Numbered from the stretch's first letter, positions 46,804 to 58,688 are shown. The stretch: 64,000 nucleotides of DNA from an uncultured Gemmatimonadales bacterium (GCA_963828735.1 CAWHFW010000005.1:1088001-1152000); one strand, 5' to 3'. Made by a program: numbers and translations. Notes: a model not told the origin generated them from the letters alone.

Positions 46804-49575
46804 TCAGCGGGCCGAGCGGTCGAGCGCCTCCCGGATGCGGACGACCAGGCTCTCCGGGGAGAACGGCTTCTGCAGGAAGGGATACGGCGATAGACGGACG
46901 CCCGGGTGCAGCTTGTCCCCGTCGCTGTACCCCGACATGTAGACGATCCGCACGTTCTGGTGGGCGGCCGCGATGCGGTCGGCGAGCTCGACGCCGCCCA
47001 TATCGGGCATGACGACATCGGTGAGTACGAGGTCGATGCCGTGGTCGGGGCGCTCGAGCACCTCGAGCGCCTCCCGGCCGTTCCTGGCCACCAGCACCGC
47101 ATACCCCTGCTGCTCCAGGACGCGCGAAGCCAGCACCCGGACCGCATCCTCATCCTCGACCAGGAGCACCGTCTCCGTGCCGCGCGTGAGCATCGGGGCA
47201 CGCTGGGTGACCTCGCCGGAGACCTCGTCCACCATCACGCGGGGGAAGCAGATCTTGAAGCTCGCGCCCTCCCCCGGCGCGCTGTCCACCCAGATGTACC
47301 CGCCGCTCTGCACCACGATGCCGTAGACCGTGGCGAGACCGAGGCCGGTGTTGAGGGTGGTGGGCTTGGTGGTGAAGAACGGCTCGAAGAGGTGGGTCTT
47401 CACTTCGGGGGTCATGCCCTGACCCGAGTCGCTCACGACGAGAAGGACGTAGGGGCCGGCGGGGATGTCCACGCCGAGGTGACGGTAGGCGTATCCCTCC
47501 GGAAAGTCCACGTCCATCGTCTCGATGGTGAGCTGACCGCCCCGTGTCATTGCGTCGCGCGCGTTCAGGGTCAGGTTCATCACGATCTGCTCCATCTGCC
47601 CGTAGTCCGCCTCGACGCCCCCCAGACCCGGGCTCAGGCTCGTCACGAGCGTGATGTCCTCGCCCAGGAGCGGACGCAGCATCCGCTCCATGCCTTCGAC
47701 GACCCCGTTCACGCTCAACGTCTCGCGAGCCACCACGCGGTGGCGCCCGAACCCCAGGAGCTGGCGGGTGAGGTGCATCGCCCGCTCGGCGGCCTTCCGG
47801 ATCTCGTCGGCGTCGCCGCGGCGGGGGTCCTCGATCTCGAGCGCTCCCAGCAGGAAGTCGCTGAAGCCGAGGATGATCATCATCATGTTGTTGAGATCGT
47901 GCGCCACCCCGCCCGCGAAGCGTCCCACCGCTTCCATCTTTTGCGCCTGACGCACCTGCTGCTCTGCCTCGATGCGTTGCGTGATGTCGCGGCCGACGCC
48001 CACGATGCCGACGACGTCCCCGTCCGCCGAACGGAGGGGGGAGAGCGTCGTCTGCATGTGCCGCAGACCCCGATCGGACTCGCGGGTCCACTCGTAGGTG
48101 ACCGTCTCGCCGCCGAGGGCGCGCTGGTTGGCGCGCTCGTGCACGCCGGGGTCCGCCGCGCCGACGATGTCGGTCGTGGTGCGGCCCAGGAAGTCATGGG
48201 GCTCGAAGCCCTCGCGCTCGAGCCAGCGGCCGAAGATGTCGACGCAGCGCTGGTTCCGATCGAGCCGGAAGACCACGTCGTCGATGCCTTCGACCAGCGT
48301 CCGGAAGCGCTCCTCGCCCGCGCGGATCGCCGCGAGCGACGCCGTACGCTCGGCCAGCAGCATCTGATTGGAAGAGTGCGACGCCGCGCGCTCGAGCGCG
48401 GCGGAGAGGAGCCCCGCCACGAGGCGGATGGTGTGCACGTGCAGGTCGTTGAACGCGCGGGGCCGGCCGGACCAGATCGCAACGACGGCCTGGACGTCGT
48501 TCTGGGTGCCCGTCAGCGGCACCAGGATCGCCGACCGCACGCCGAGCACCTCGACCGCCGCTCTATCCACGCCCGCTTCGAGCAAGGCGTCATCGCAGCG
48601 GATGAGCTCGCCCGTGGCGTATGCCCGGCCGACCAGGCTCGCCTCCGGCGACAGCCGAAGCCCGATCTGTTCACGGGCCGTGCCGCTCGCTTCGCAGAGC
48701 ACGAGCTCGCCGTCGTCGGGCATGAAGACGCCGGCCGCCCCCGCCCACGTCAGCGCCTGGAGGCGCTCGGCGACCATGCGCATGACCCCGGCGAGGTCGG
48801 GCCCGGCCGTCGCCACGGCCTGCTGGGTGTCGATCACCGCCGCCAGTCGCTCGGCTTCCCGGGTGAGCACGCGCTTGGTCTGCCGCCAGCCCGTCACATC
48901 GCGGACGCAGGCGATGATCCCGTCGGCCGACGGCGTCACCCGCACCGAGAACCAGCGCTTGAGCGGGGCGAAGAACGCCTCGAACTCCACCTCGGACTGC
49001 TCCACCAGCGCGCGGAACGCCTCGGCCTGGAACCGCGACCCGACGAGGCCCGGAATGACGTCCCAGACGGACCGGCCGATGGGGTCCCCGCGTTCCGGAC
49101 CGAGCAGCCGCAGGTACTCCGCGGCTCGCGCATTGACCAGCGTGAGCCGCCACTCGTCGTCGCAGGCGAGATAGAGGTCGCTCACCCGGTCCAGCACGTC
49201 GCTGGCCTTGGGGCGCGCCGCTTCGAGCAGCAGCCCGCTCAGGCCCTCCGCCGTCGGAAACAGCCGCAGCTCGAGCAGCCGGCCGCTGACGGGGTCCCGC
49301 AGCGTATGGGTGACGGGAACGCGCTCGGTCACGGCGCGCAAGAGCGCGGCGCCGGCCGGCGTCTGCGCGAACGAGCGCGACGCGTCCCAGATGATCGTGC
49401 CGACCAGATCAGCGGAGGTGCCGATCAACTGGGGGAGAAGACGGGAGGCGGTTCGGTTGACGTAGGCGATTCGCCCGTCGGCGTCCAGGGCGAAGATCCC
49501 CTCGCCGATCCGGTCGAGGGCGTCCAATGAGCGGGCGGATTCGAGCAACCGGATTGGCCTTTGGTAGGAACGCAT
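46804..49575 (-). CDS. Cytoplasmic PAS-PAS-GAF-PAS hybrid histidine kinase
   Basis: QKMEAVGRFAGGVAHDLNN, FEPFFTTK, receiver; no TM seen. Confidence 0.92.
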   Translation of the reverse strand: MRSYQRPIRLLESARSLDALDRIGEGIFALDADGRIAYVNRTASRLLPQLIGTSADLVGTIIWDASRSFAQTPAGAALLRAVTERVPVTHTLRDPVSGRLLELRLFPTAEGLSGLLLEAARPKASDVLDRVSDLYLACDDEWRLTLVNARAAEYLRLLGPERGDPIGRSVWDVIPGLVGSRFQAEAFRALVEQSEVEFEAFFAPLKRWFSVRVTPSADGIIACVRDVTGWRQTKRVLTREAERLAAVIDTQQAVATAGPDLAGVMRMVAERLQALTWAGAAGVFMPDDGELVLCEASGTAREQIGLRLSPEASLVGRAYATGELIRCDDALLEAGVDRAAVEVLGVRSAILVPLTGTQNDVQAVVAIWSGRPRAFNDLHVHTIRLVAGLLSAALERAASHSSNQMLLAERTASLAAIRAGEERFRTLVEGIDDVVFRLDRNQRCVDIFGRWLEREGFEPHDFLGRTTTDIVGAADPGVHERANQRALGGETVTYEWTRESDRGLRHMQTTLSPLRSADGDVVGIVGVGRDITQRIEAEQQVRQAQKMEAVGRFAGGVAHDLNNMMMIILGFSDFLLGALEIEDPRRGDADEIRKAAERAMHLTRQLLGFGRHRVVARETLSVNGVVEGMERMLRPLLGEDITLVTSLSPGLGGVEADYGQMEQIVMNLTLNARDAMTRGGQLTIETMDVDFPEGYAYRHLGVDIPAGPYVLLVVSDSGQGMTPEVKTHLFEPFFTTKPTTLNTGLGLATVYGIVVQSGGYIWVDSAPGEGASFKICFPRVMVDEVSGEVTQRAPMLTRGTETVLLVEDEDAVRVLASRVLEQQGYAVLVARNGREALEVLERPDHGIDLVLTDVVMPDMGGVELADRIAAAHQNVRIVYMSGYSDGDKLHPGVRLSPYPFLQKPFSPESLVVRIREALDRSAR

Positions 49576-49618
49576 GCAACCTAAGAAGGTCCGCTCCCAG
49601 GTGCCAGCCTCCGGTGCG

Positions 49619-51922
49619 TCACTTCTGTGCGGTGACGGCGCTCCACGCGTACAGGCTGCGGTAGATCTCCTCGTTGCGCTGGATGGCTCGCACGTATCCG
49701 CGCGTCTCCGCGAACGGGATGCGCTCGGTGAACACCTCCGGGTCGTCCACGCCGACGCGTTGCGACCAGCGCTCCACCCGGCTCACGCCAGCGTTGTAGG
49801 CGGCGAGGACGTGCGCCGGCTGCTGGTAGCGACCGTTGAGCTCCTGAAGGTGAAAGGAACCGAGCTGCAGGCTCACGTCGGGCTGATAGAGGAGCACAGG
49901 GTCCCACACCGGGTACGCCAGCGACTCCGCGAGCCGGCCGCCGAGGTCGGGCATCACCTGCATGAGGCCGCGGGCGCCCACGGGGGACGTCGCCTGCGGA
50001 TTGAACATGGACTCCTGCCGGATCAGGGCCGCGACGAACGCCGCGTCGAGTCCGTGCTCCGCGGCCTCGGCCAGCAGCGCGTCTTCCAGCATGACGGGAT
50101 AGAGGAGGCGATACGTGCGGGCGTCGGCCGGCGCACCCAGGGCGAGCGCGCGACGGGCGAGCTGAATGGCCTGCGACGCGAAGCCGTCGCGCCGGAAGGC
50201 GTCGGCCAGGGCCAGCAAGCGCTCGCCCGAGGTCTCGCTCTGGCGCACGAGGCGGTCGTATTCCCATCGCGCCTCGACGCCCAGGCCGAGGCGGGTGAGC
50301 AGCGCCGCACGGGCCATGGCGCTGTCGGCGGCGGGAATCGGTACGAAGCTGTCCACGGCCGCCGGCGGGATCCACTCCGGGCGGTCGAGCCGCCGGTCGG
50401 CCAGGCCGGTGTAGTACGAGCCCGGATCGCCGGCGGCCAGACGCTCCCAGCGCTCGTTCGCCGCGGCGGAATCGGCCGCGACCTGCCAGGCGCGGCCGGC
50501 CCAATAGACCGCCGCGACGGCCTCGTCGCTCCGGGAGTAGCGCACGGTCAGCTCGTCGAACTCGGCGGCCGCGGCCGGCGCATCGCCAGCCACCAGCGCG
50601 ATCATCGCGGCGCGGAAGGCGGCGGTCGGCGCGAACCGGCTACTCGGATACCGGGCGACGATTTTCCGGTACAGCTCCCGGGCCCGGGGGTCCGCCCGGT
50701 CGTCCGACGCGAGATCGGCCAGCAGGAACAGGGCGGACGGGGCGGCGCTCGTGTCGCGCGGGAAGACGCGCAGCACGCGCTCGAGGGCGAGCCGGCCCGG
50801 CGCGAGCTGTCCGTCGCGGACCAGCGCACGGGCGCGCTGGTATGCGGCGGAGGCGGCAAGCGCCTTCGGCGCGGTCACCTGCGCGAACTGCCGGGCCGCC
50901 TCGGTGTTGCGACCGAGCTTGGTGAGCGCGGTGGCGAACGCGAACCGGTCGTCCGTGGTACCGAGCCGGGCGGCGAAGGCACGCTCGAACGCGTCCGCCG
51001 CGCGGCTGGAGGCACCTGCCATGGCCGCCCCGCGCCCAACCTCGAGCTCCTCGGCCGGTGTGAGGGGCGCAAAGACGCTATCGAGCAATGCGACGGCATC
51101 TCGCACTTCGCCCGGACTCCGGCGCGCGGCAATGACCCCGACAAGGTCCGTCCGAACCATGGCTCGCCGGGCGCCGTCCGGGCTCATCGCGAGCCGTAAC
51201 CGAAGCGCGATCGTCCGCGCGCCGAGCGCCTGGAAGCGCTGGGCGGCCCCATCGAGATCCCCCATGCCCTGCCGCGCGGCGGCCTCGCTCCAGCCGGTCC
51301 GCTCGCGCGCGAGCCGATCGGTCACGGCAGCATACAGCCGGGCCCGGCCCGCGCTGTCGTCGGTCACGGCGGCGGCCCGAACGCGAAGCCAGTCCCCGAC
51401 GCCCGGCAGCAGGTCCGCGGCCCGCGCGTACGTGGCGGCCGCGCTGTCTCGCGCACCTACGCGGTCGAGCGCCAGGGCCAGCATCACCAGTCGTTCTCCG
51501 TCCGCCGACGCGACGTTCGAGACCGGCACCGCCAGGGCGTGGCGCAGCGCTGCGGAATCGACGCCCTCTTCGAGCGACGCGCGGGCGAGCAGGAGCCTCG
51601 CACGGCCGTCGGGCACACTGTCCACCCATCGCTGGCCTTCGAGCAGCCGGAGGACCTCGTGCCAACCGCCCCACCGACTCGCCGCGGTGGCCGCGAGCAT
51701 GAACGCATCGGGGGTGCGGCGGGTTGAGTCGGCCAGCACCGTCGAAATGATGCGGCTGGCCACCCATGGCCGGCCATGCTCGAGCGCGACGGCGGCGGCC
51801 GCGACGAGGGAGTCGGCGGGAACCGGCGAAACGACATGGGGCGGGCGGGACGCAAGGACAGGCGCGCGCACGGGGGCGAGCGCCAGCGCCAGGGAGATCC
51901 AGACGGGCGGCAGCGGCAGCAT
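49619..51922 (-). CDS. slt: Soluble lytic transglycosylase with TPR repeats
   Basis: IRQES, GARGLMQ, AAYNAG, IPFAETRGYV; signal peptide. Confidence 0.9.
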   Translation of the reverse strand: MLPLPPVWISLALALAPVRAPVLASRPPHVVSPVPADSLVAAAAVALEHGRPWVASRIISTVLADSTRRTPDAFMLAATAASRWGGWHEVLRLLEGQRWVDSVPDGRARLLLARASLEEGVDSAALRHALAVPVSNVASADGERLVMLALALDRVGARDSAAATYARAADLLPGVGDWLRVRAAAVTDDSAGRARLYAAVTDRLARERTGWSEAAARQGMGDLDGAAQRFQALGARTIALRLRLAMSPDGARRAMVRTDLVGVIAARRSPGEVRDAVALLDSVFAPLTPAEELEVGRGAAMAGASSRAADAFERAFAARLGTTDDRFAFATALTKLGRNTEAARQFAQVTAPKALAASAAYQRARALVRDGQLAPGRLALERVLRVFPRDTSAAPSALFLLADLASDDRADPRARELYRKIVARYPSSRFAPTAAFRAAMIALVAGDAPAAAAEFDELTVRYSRSDEAVAAVYWAGRAWQVAADSAAANERWERLAAGDPGSYYTGLADRRLDRPEWIPPAAVDSFVPIPAADSAMARAALLTRLGLGVEARWEYDRLVRQSETSGERLLALADAFRRDGFASQAIQLARRALALGAPADARTYRLLYPVMLEDALLAEAAEHGLDAAFVAALIRQESMFNPQATSPVGARGLMQVMPDLGGRLAESLAYPVWDPVLLYQPDVSLQLGSFHLQELNGRYQQPAHVLAAYNAGVSRVERWSQRVGVDDPEVFTERIPFAETRGYVRAIQRNEEIYRSLYAWSAVTAQK

Positions 51923-52032
51923 TTGAGTCCGGGAGTGACGTGAGAGCGCGTTTCAACTGCAAATGCCGCGCCCGCCCCGTTCCGGCCCGGACGAGCCGTC
52001 CGGAAGCAGCTCGTTTTGGTGTACTATTGAGA

Positions 52033-52440
52033 ATGCGAGATACGGATCAGGACGCCGACGACGATCGGGTCCGGCTGGACAAGTGGCTCTGGGCCGCGCG
52101 GTTCTTCAAGACGCGCTCGCAGGCGGCGGAGGCGATCGCCGGGGGCAAGGTGCAGGTGAACGGCGACCGGGCCAAGCGTGCCCGGCCACTCCAGGTCGGG
52201 GACCAGCTTCGTGTGCGGCTCGGTCCCTACGAGCACCACGTGATCGTGCGCGCCCTGTCGGCGCGGCGGGGCCCGGCGGCCGAGGCCGCCGGGCTCTACG
52301 AGGAGCGGCCCGAGAGCATCGCGGCTCGCGAGACGCTGGCGCGGCAGCTCAAATCGCTGCATGTGGCATTCGCTCCCGAGAAGGGCCGCCCCACCAAGCG
52401 GGACCGGCGGGAGATCGAAAGATTGCGGGGGCGACGGTGA
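52033..52440 (+). CDS. hslR: Ribosome-associated heat shock protein Hsp15 (S4 domain)
   Basis: RLDKWLWAARFFKTRS, GRPTKRDRR. Confidence 0.93.
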   Translation: MRDTDQDADDDRVRLDKWLWAARFFKTRSQAAEAIAGGKVQVNGDRAKRARPLQVGDQLRVRLGPYEHHVIVRALSARRGPAAEAAGLYEERPESIAARETLARQLKSLHVAFAPEKGRPTKRDRREIERLRGRR

Positions 52441-52496
52441 GCGGTGAGCCGGAAGCGCTCCGGTCGCTCTTTCCGCTCACCGCTCACCGCTCACCG
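52435..52496. repeat. Inverted heptamer repeats forming a hairpin between convergent hslR and icd
   Basis: (CGGTGAG)x2 ... (CCGCTCA)x3. Confidence 0.7.
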
Positions 52497-52498
52497 CC

Positions 52499-53722
<1,224 letters not shown>

Positions 53723-53748
53723 GGATGAATTCCTTCGGACGGACTGGA

Positions 53749-55500
53749 ATGAGTGTGATCGGCGCTGAGACGACGCTGAATCTGCCCGCGTGCCCGGAGA
53801 TCGGCAACCGAGCCGTCGAGGCGATTCACGCCGCCTACGACCGCTACCATCGCGGCTTCGAGGAGATCACGCGCAGGGCCCGCGAGCGGTTCGAGCGGCG
53901 TGACTGGCTCGGCGCGCAGGCCGACGCGACCGAGCGGCTCGCGCTCTACCGCACCCACGTCGACGGCGCCGTGGCGGATGTCCACGACATCCTCCAGGAC
54001 GCGGTCATGGAGCGCACGCTGTGGGCGGCCATGCGGGCCCGCCACGCGGTGGGCGCTCGTCGCCGCTCCGACGCGGAGCTGTCGCAGACCTTCTTCAACT
54101 CCGTCACCCGGCGGGTGTTCAGCACCGTGGGCGTGGACGCGGCGATCGAATACCTCGAGCCGTCGGTGCCCGTGACCGATCCGGGCGGTCCGCCGCTGTT
54201 CGACAGCGACCGCGTGGACGCGGTCGACGCCGAGCTGGTCCGCCGCATCCTCCAGCGCTTTCCGTGGTCCGTGCCCTACGCCTCGCTCGACCGCGACGCG
54301 GCGGTCGTGGCCCAGCTCATCACGGCGACGCTCGACGGCATGCCCGCCCGGGGGCCGATCGAGGTGGACGTCATTCGCTCGGTGTTCTACCGCAACAAGG
54401 GCGCGTACCTGGTGGGACGGGTGCACCGGGGCGGCACGACCGTGCCGCTCGTGCTGCCGCTCCTCCACGCCGATTGCGGCATCGTGGTGGATGCCGTCCT
54501 GATGACCCCCAACGAGGCGAGCGTCGTCTTCGGGTTCAGCTGGTCGTACTTCCGGGTGGACGTGGCGCGTCCGAGGGAGCTGGTGGACTTTCTGGCCTCG
54601 ATCATGCCCCTCAAGCGCATCGACGAGCTCTACAACGGCATCGGCTACAACAAGCACGGCAAGACCGAGCTGTTCCGGAACCTGCTGGCGTACCTCCAGG
54701 ACCCCGGCTCCCGGTTCGCCTTCGCGGAGGGAGACGAGGGGATGGTGATGGCCGTGTTCACGCTGCCGGCGTTCAATCTGGTCTTCAAGATCATCAAGGA
54801 CCGTTTCGGCGCGCCGAAGAACACCACCCGTCAGGCCGTGATGGACAAGTATCACTTCGTGTTCGTCCGCGATCGCGTCGGACGCCTCGCGGACGCGCAG
54901 GAATTCGAGCACCTGGAGTTTCCGCGGCGCTGCTTCCCCGACGACCTGCTGGCGTACCTGCTGGGCGTCGCGGCGAGAACCGTACGCGTCGAGGGCGACC
55001 GGGTCATCGTGCGGCACGTCTACACGGAGCGCCGGGTGACACCGCTCAATCTCTTCCTCCGCGACGCCGATCCCGAGGCCGCCCGCGACGCCGCGGTCGA
55101 GTACGGCACGGCCATCAAGGACCTCGCGGCGGCGGACATTTTCACCGGGGACATGCTGCTCAAGAACTTCGGGGTCACGCGCAACGGGCGGGTCATCTGC
55201 TACGACTACGACGAGCTCTGCCTGCTGTCCGAATGCCGCTTCCGGCGGATCCCGCCACCGCCCACGTTCGAGGACGAATTCGCGGCGGAGCCGTGGTTCT
55301 CGGTGGGAGAGAACGACGTGTTCCCCGAGGAGTTCCACGCCTTCCTCGTGCCGCCGGGCGAGCTGCGCGACGCCTTTCTCGAGGCGCACGAGGACCTGTT
55401 GGACGTGGCGTTCTGGCAGCGGGTGCAGCAGCGGCTGGGCGCGGGCGAGGTGGTGGACGTGTTTCCCTACCGGCGGAGCGCGCTGCTGCAGAGAAGCTGA
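53749..55500 (+). CDS. aceK: Isocitrate dehydrogenase kinase/phosphatase
   Basis: [57 protein letters not shown]; start 53725 or 53749. Confidence 0.95.
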   Translation: MSVIGAETTLNLPACPEIGNRAVEAIHAAYDRYHRGFEEITRRARERFERRDWLGAQADATERLALYRTHVDGAVADVHDILQDAVMERTLWAAMRARHAVGARRRSDAELSQTFFNSVTRRVFSTVGVDAAIEYLEPSVPVTDPGGPPLFDSDRVDAVDAELVRRILQRFPWSVPYASLDRDAAVVAQLITATLDGMPARGPIEVDVIRSVFYRNKGAYLVGRVHRGGTTVPLVLPLLHADCGIVVDAVLMTPNEASVVFGFSWSYFRVDVARPRELVDFLASIMPLKRIDELYNGIGYNKHGKTELFRNLLAYLQDPGSRFAFAEGDEGMVMAVFTLPAFNLVFKIIKDRFGAPKNTTRQAVMDKYHFVFVRDRVGRLADAQEFEHLEFPRRCFPDDLLAYLLGVAARTVRVEGDRVIVRHVYTERRVTPLNLFLRDADPEAARDAAVEYGTAIKDLAAADIFTGDMLLKNFGVTRNGRVICYDYDELCLLSECRFRRIPPPPTFEDEFAAEPWFSVGENDVFPEEFHAFLVPPGELRDAFLEAHEDLLDVAFWQRVQQRLGAGEVVDVFPYRRSALLQRS

Positions 55501-55530
55501 GCCACGCCCCCCCGCTCACCCCACGGTCCC

Positions 55531-55923
55531 CTACTGCTCCGCACCCCCGGTCGCTCCGGTCCCGCCCTCTCGCTCGAAGTGGGTCAACCCCTCCGCCGCT
55601 TCCTGGATCCGCCCCACGTACGCGCTCACCGGCTCACGCGACTTCCGCTCGGGCAGGACGAACGCGGGATTGTCCGGTTCGGAGGAATCCGGGGCGTTGG
55701 TCAAGGTGTCGCCGCCGCGGGCTTCGACCACCGACTCGAACCGATCCACCGCCGACCACAAGTCGGCGAGCTCGTCGTCGGTCTCGTTGCCGAACAGGCG
55801 CACGCCGCGCTGGCCGAGCACGTCCAGATTGTGCTCGCGCGCGCGAACCTGCTGCTCCGCGCGGTGCGGATTGAGGGCCGCATCGAGCTCGGCGGCGTGG
55901 ATACGATCGTGGGGATCCTGCAT
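55531..55923 (-). CDS. Hypothetical acidic 130-aa protein
   Basis: GGAGG RBS, coding-like composition. Confidence 0.7.
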   Translation of the reverse strand: MQDPHDRIHAAELDAALNPHRAEQQVRAREHNLDVLGQRGVRLFGNETDDELADLWSAVDRFESVVEARGGDTLTNAPDSSEPDNPAFVLPERKSREPVSAYVGRIQEAAEGLTHFEREGGTGATGGAEQ

Positions 55924-55935
55924 GATGCCTCCAGG

Positions 55936-56226
55936 TCAGGTGCGGCGGACGCGTCCGCGAAGGAAGCGCTCCGCCAGCTGCTCCAGGCGGTCGTCGCGAT
56001 CCTCGCGCGCTTCGGCGAGTATCCGCTCGACGTGGGGAAAGAGGGCCGGATCGCCCCAGTAGTAGCCCGTCGCCGCTTCGGCGCCCACGGTGTCGCCCTG
56101 ATGGGCCCCGCGAAGCAGCGCGCGCGCCGCCGCGCGATCGTAGTCCGGGTGTGCGCGGTCGGGAAGCGGGTAGCGCCCGGCAGCCTCGCCGTTTCCGGCG
56201 TCTTCATTGACGAAGGCTCTCGACAT
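55936..56226 (-). CDS. Small protein starting MSRAFVNED
   Basis: TATACT 6 nt before ATG; 96 aa; 12 nt from next gene. Confidence 0.7.
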   Translation of the reverse strand: MSRAFVNEDAGNGEAAGRYPLPDRAHPDYDRAAARALLRGAHQGDTVGAEAATGYYWGDPALFPHVERILAEAREDRDDRLEQLAERFLRGRVRRT

Positions 56227-56340
56227 ACGCGCAGTATATCCCGCTGCCCATCCTGGTGAAGGGATGACCGGTCCATTAAGCGGCTGCGGGGCATGGTGGG
56301 CGGTGTTCCGGGTCACACGGCGACGCCCCGGCTGCCGAAC

Positions 56341-56389
56341 GCACAGAGGGCACAGGACGCATCCGCGCCCTGTGCCCTCGTGTTTTTTT
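56341..56389 (+). terminator. Plus-strand rho-independent terminator with no plus-strand gene directly upstream
   Basis: GAGGGCACAGG..CCTGTGCCCTC stem followed by T7. Confidence 0.75.
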
Positions 56390-56435
56390 GCGGACGGCGT
56401 CGCGCGGAATCCCACGCGACCTCGTATCCGGCCGG

Positions 56436-57218
56436 CTACCGCGTGAACGACGCTCCGAGCGTGACCTCGACCCGCGAGCTCGCCGGGACCACCACGTCGC
56501 GGTCCTGCGTCTCGATGGCGCGCTGCGTGCCGACCGCACCGCCGATGATGCCACCGATGACGGCGCCCTTGGTGCTTCCGCCGATCACGCGACCGACGAT
56601 CGCACCGGCCGCCGTGCCCGCGCCGACCTTCGCCACGTCGCCCGCGTTGGTCTTCCGGTCGACCAGCGTGCGATCGAGCGCCGTCGCCGAGCCGGCGAGC
56701 GCGTAGCTCTGGCCCTGGATCTCGACGGCGGTGGGCGTGAGGGTCAGCTTCCCGGTCTTGTCGCCCTTGTTCTCCGACTCGTGGATCTGGGTGATGGTGA
56801 GCGTCACCTTCGAGCCGGCGGGGATCACGACGCGCCCCGCGGCGTCCTTCACGTCGCTCGCGACCGTCGTCGTGACCGTCGCGCCGGGCTTGTCGACCTT
56901 CGAGCTGATCTCCCGGTCTACCGTCGTCGCCAGCGTGGTGCCGTCGCCGAGCGCGAGCGGCGCGGGCGCCGGAGCCGGCTTCGGAGCCGGTCTCGGTGCC
57001 GCCGGCTTCGGCTTGGGCTTCGGCGCCGCCGGCGCGGGGGCCACCGGGGCAGCGGCCACCGGCGTGGCACCCGCCTGGTCGCTCAGCGTGGCCGAGGAGT
57101 CGACGGGGAGCCGTTGCAAGTCGCGGCTCAAGCTGTCGGCTGCCATGCTCGCACCGCGGTCGCCGCCGCAGCCCGCGAGCACCGCCAGGGCAAGGACTGC
57201 CAGTCGGTTAGCCGCCAT
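56436..57218 (-). CDS. Lipoprotein with Pro-rich linker, TrbI-like beta domain and glycine zipper
   Basis: Lipobox LAGC, VIPAGS, GAAAG-like zipper GAIVGRVIGG..GAVIGGIIGG. Confidence 0.8.
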   Translation of the reverse strand: MAANRLAVLALAVLAGCGGDRGASMAADSLSRDLQRLPVDSSATLSDQAGATPVAAAPVAPAPAAPKPKPKPAAPRPAPKPAPAPAPLALGDGTTLATTVDREISSKVDKPGATVTTTVASDVKDAAGRVVIPAGSKVTLTITQIHESENKGDKTGKLTLTPTAVEIQGQSYALAGSATALDRTLVDRKTNAGDVAKVGAGTAAGAIVGRVIGGSTKGAVIGGIIGGAVGTQRAIETQDRDVVVPASSRVEVTLGASFTR

Positions 57219-57404
57219 GAAACCTCCTGTTGGGTGAGATGGCTGCGACGTGGATCGCCGAACCGCCCGCTCAGGGGCAAATCCGGGGCCAGCCGAGAGG
57301 GGGTCTGGCGTGCCGGGAGGTGGAAATGGGGTGTCGAAGAAACAGGTTGGGATGCCGGACGCTCGAGCTCGTTCGCCCGGCCGTGACCGCGACCAGCGTC
57401 GCCT

Positions 57405-58688
57405 CTAACTCCCGTGGTCGCGAGCGCCCGCCGCGGCGGCCGCCGCCCGCTCAAGCAGCAACACCTGCTCCCGCGCGTTCCGCGTGAGGCCCGCGGCGCG
57501 CTTGAATTCGCGGTGCGCCTCGTCCAGCCGGCCGAGCTTGAACAGCAGGTCCCCGCGCACGCTGGGCAGCAGGTGGTAGTTCGCGAGCGCCTTCTCGCCG
57601 CCCAGCGCGTCCACCAGCTCCAGGCCGGCCGCGGGCCCGAACGCCATCGCGACCGCAACCGCCCGGTTGAGGTCGACCACCGGCGACGGCGCCAGCTGAG
57701 CGAGCGCGTCGTACAGCGCCGCGATGCGGGGCCAGTCGGTCTCCTCGGCCGTCCGCGCCCGGGCGTGGCACGAGGCGATCGCGGCCTGCAGCGCGTATGG
57801 ACCGAGCGAGCCGCCCAGGCGTTCCGCGCGCTCGAGCGCCGCCAGGCCGCGCCGGATGAGCAGGTGGTCCCACCGGGCGCGATCCTGGTCGAGCAGCAGC
57901 ACCGGCTCGCCCGACGGGCCCGCCCTGGCCCGCGTACGCGAAGCCTGGATCTCCATGAGCGCCACCAGGCCATGCACCTCCGGCTCCTGTGGCGCCAGCT
58001 CCGCGACGATGCGGCCCAGCCGGAGCGCCTCCTCGCACAGCGCCGGCCGCATCCAGTCGTCGCCGGCGGTGGCCGAATAGCCTTCGTTGAAGATCAGATA
58101 CAGCACCTCGAGCACGCTCGAGACCCGCGCGGTCAGCTCGTCGCCGCGGGGCACCTCGAACGGCACTCGCGCCTCGGACAGCGTGCGCTTGGCCCGCACG
58201 ATGCGCTGCGCGATCGTCGGCACGGGCACGAGGAAGGCCCGGGCGATCTCTTCGGTCGTGAGCCCGCCGAGGAGGCGGAGGGTGAGCGCCACCCGGGCCT
58301 CGGTCGAGAGGACCGGATGGCAGGCGATGAAGACGAGTCGAAGGAGATCGTCACCGACGTGATCGTCGAGTGCGGCATCGAGGTCGGGCACCGCCGCCTC
58401 CTGTCGCGCCTCGAGCTCGTAGCCCAGCAGGTCGTGCTTCCGCGCGAGCATCCGGTCGCGCCGCACGAGATCGATGGCCCGGTGCTTCGCCGTGGCCATG
58501 AGCCACGCGCCCGGATTCCGGGGAATGCCGTCGTCGGGCCAGCGCTCGAGCGCCGCGACGAGCGCGTCCTGCGCCAGCTCCTCCGCCAACCCCACGTCCC
58601 CGACGATGCGCGTGAGGCTCGCGATGACCTTGGCCGATTCGATGCGCCAGACGGCGTCGATCGCACCGTGGATGTCGGGAGCCGTCAC
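57405..58688 (-). CDS. ECF sigma factor with C-terminal TPR extension (ECF42-like)
   Basis: AEELAQDA, LVFIACHP, AQRIVRAK, YLIFNEGY, YALQAAIA; follows a DGPF protein. Confidence 0.92.
   Translation of the reverse strand: MTAPDIHGAIDAVWRIESAKVIASLTRIVGDVGLAEELAQDALVAALERWPDDGIPRNPGAWLMATAKHRAIDLVRRDRMLARKHDLLGYELEARQEAAVPDLDAALDDHVGDDLLRLVFIACHPVLSTEARVALTLRLLGGLTTEEIARAFLVPVPTIAQRIVRAKRTLSEARVPFEVPRGDELTARVSSVLEVLYLIFNEGYSATAGDDWMRPALCEEALRLGRIVAELAPQEPEVHGLVALMEIQASRTRARAGPSGEPVLLLDQDRARWDHLLIRRGLAALERAERLGGSLGPYALQAAIASCHARARTAEETDWPRIAALYDALAQLAPSPVVDLNRAVAVAMAFGPAAGLELVDALGGEKALANYHLLPSVRGDLLFKLGRLDEAHREFKRAAGLTRNAREQVLLLERAAAAAAGARDHGS

Noticed and set aside
56207..56446. 79-aa plus-strand ORF across the orphan terminator
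   Set aside because: Crosses the terminator, overlaps both neighbours and has no recognisable features
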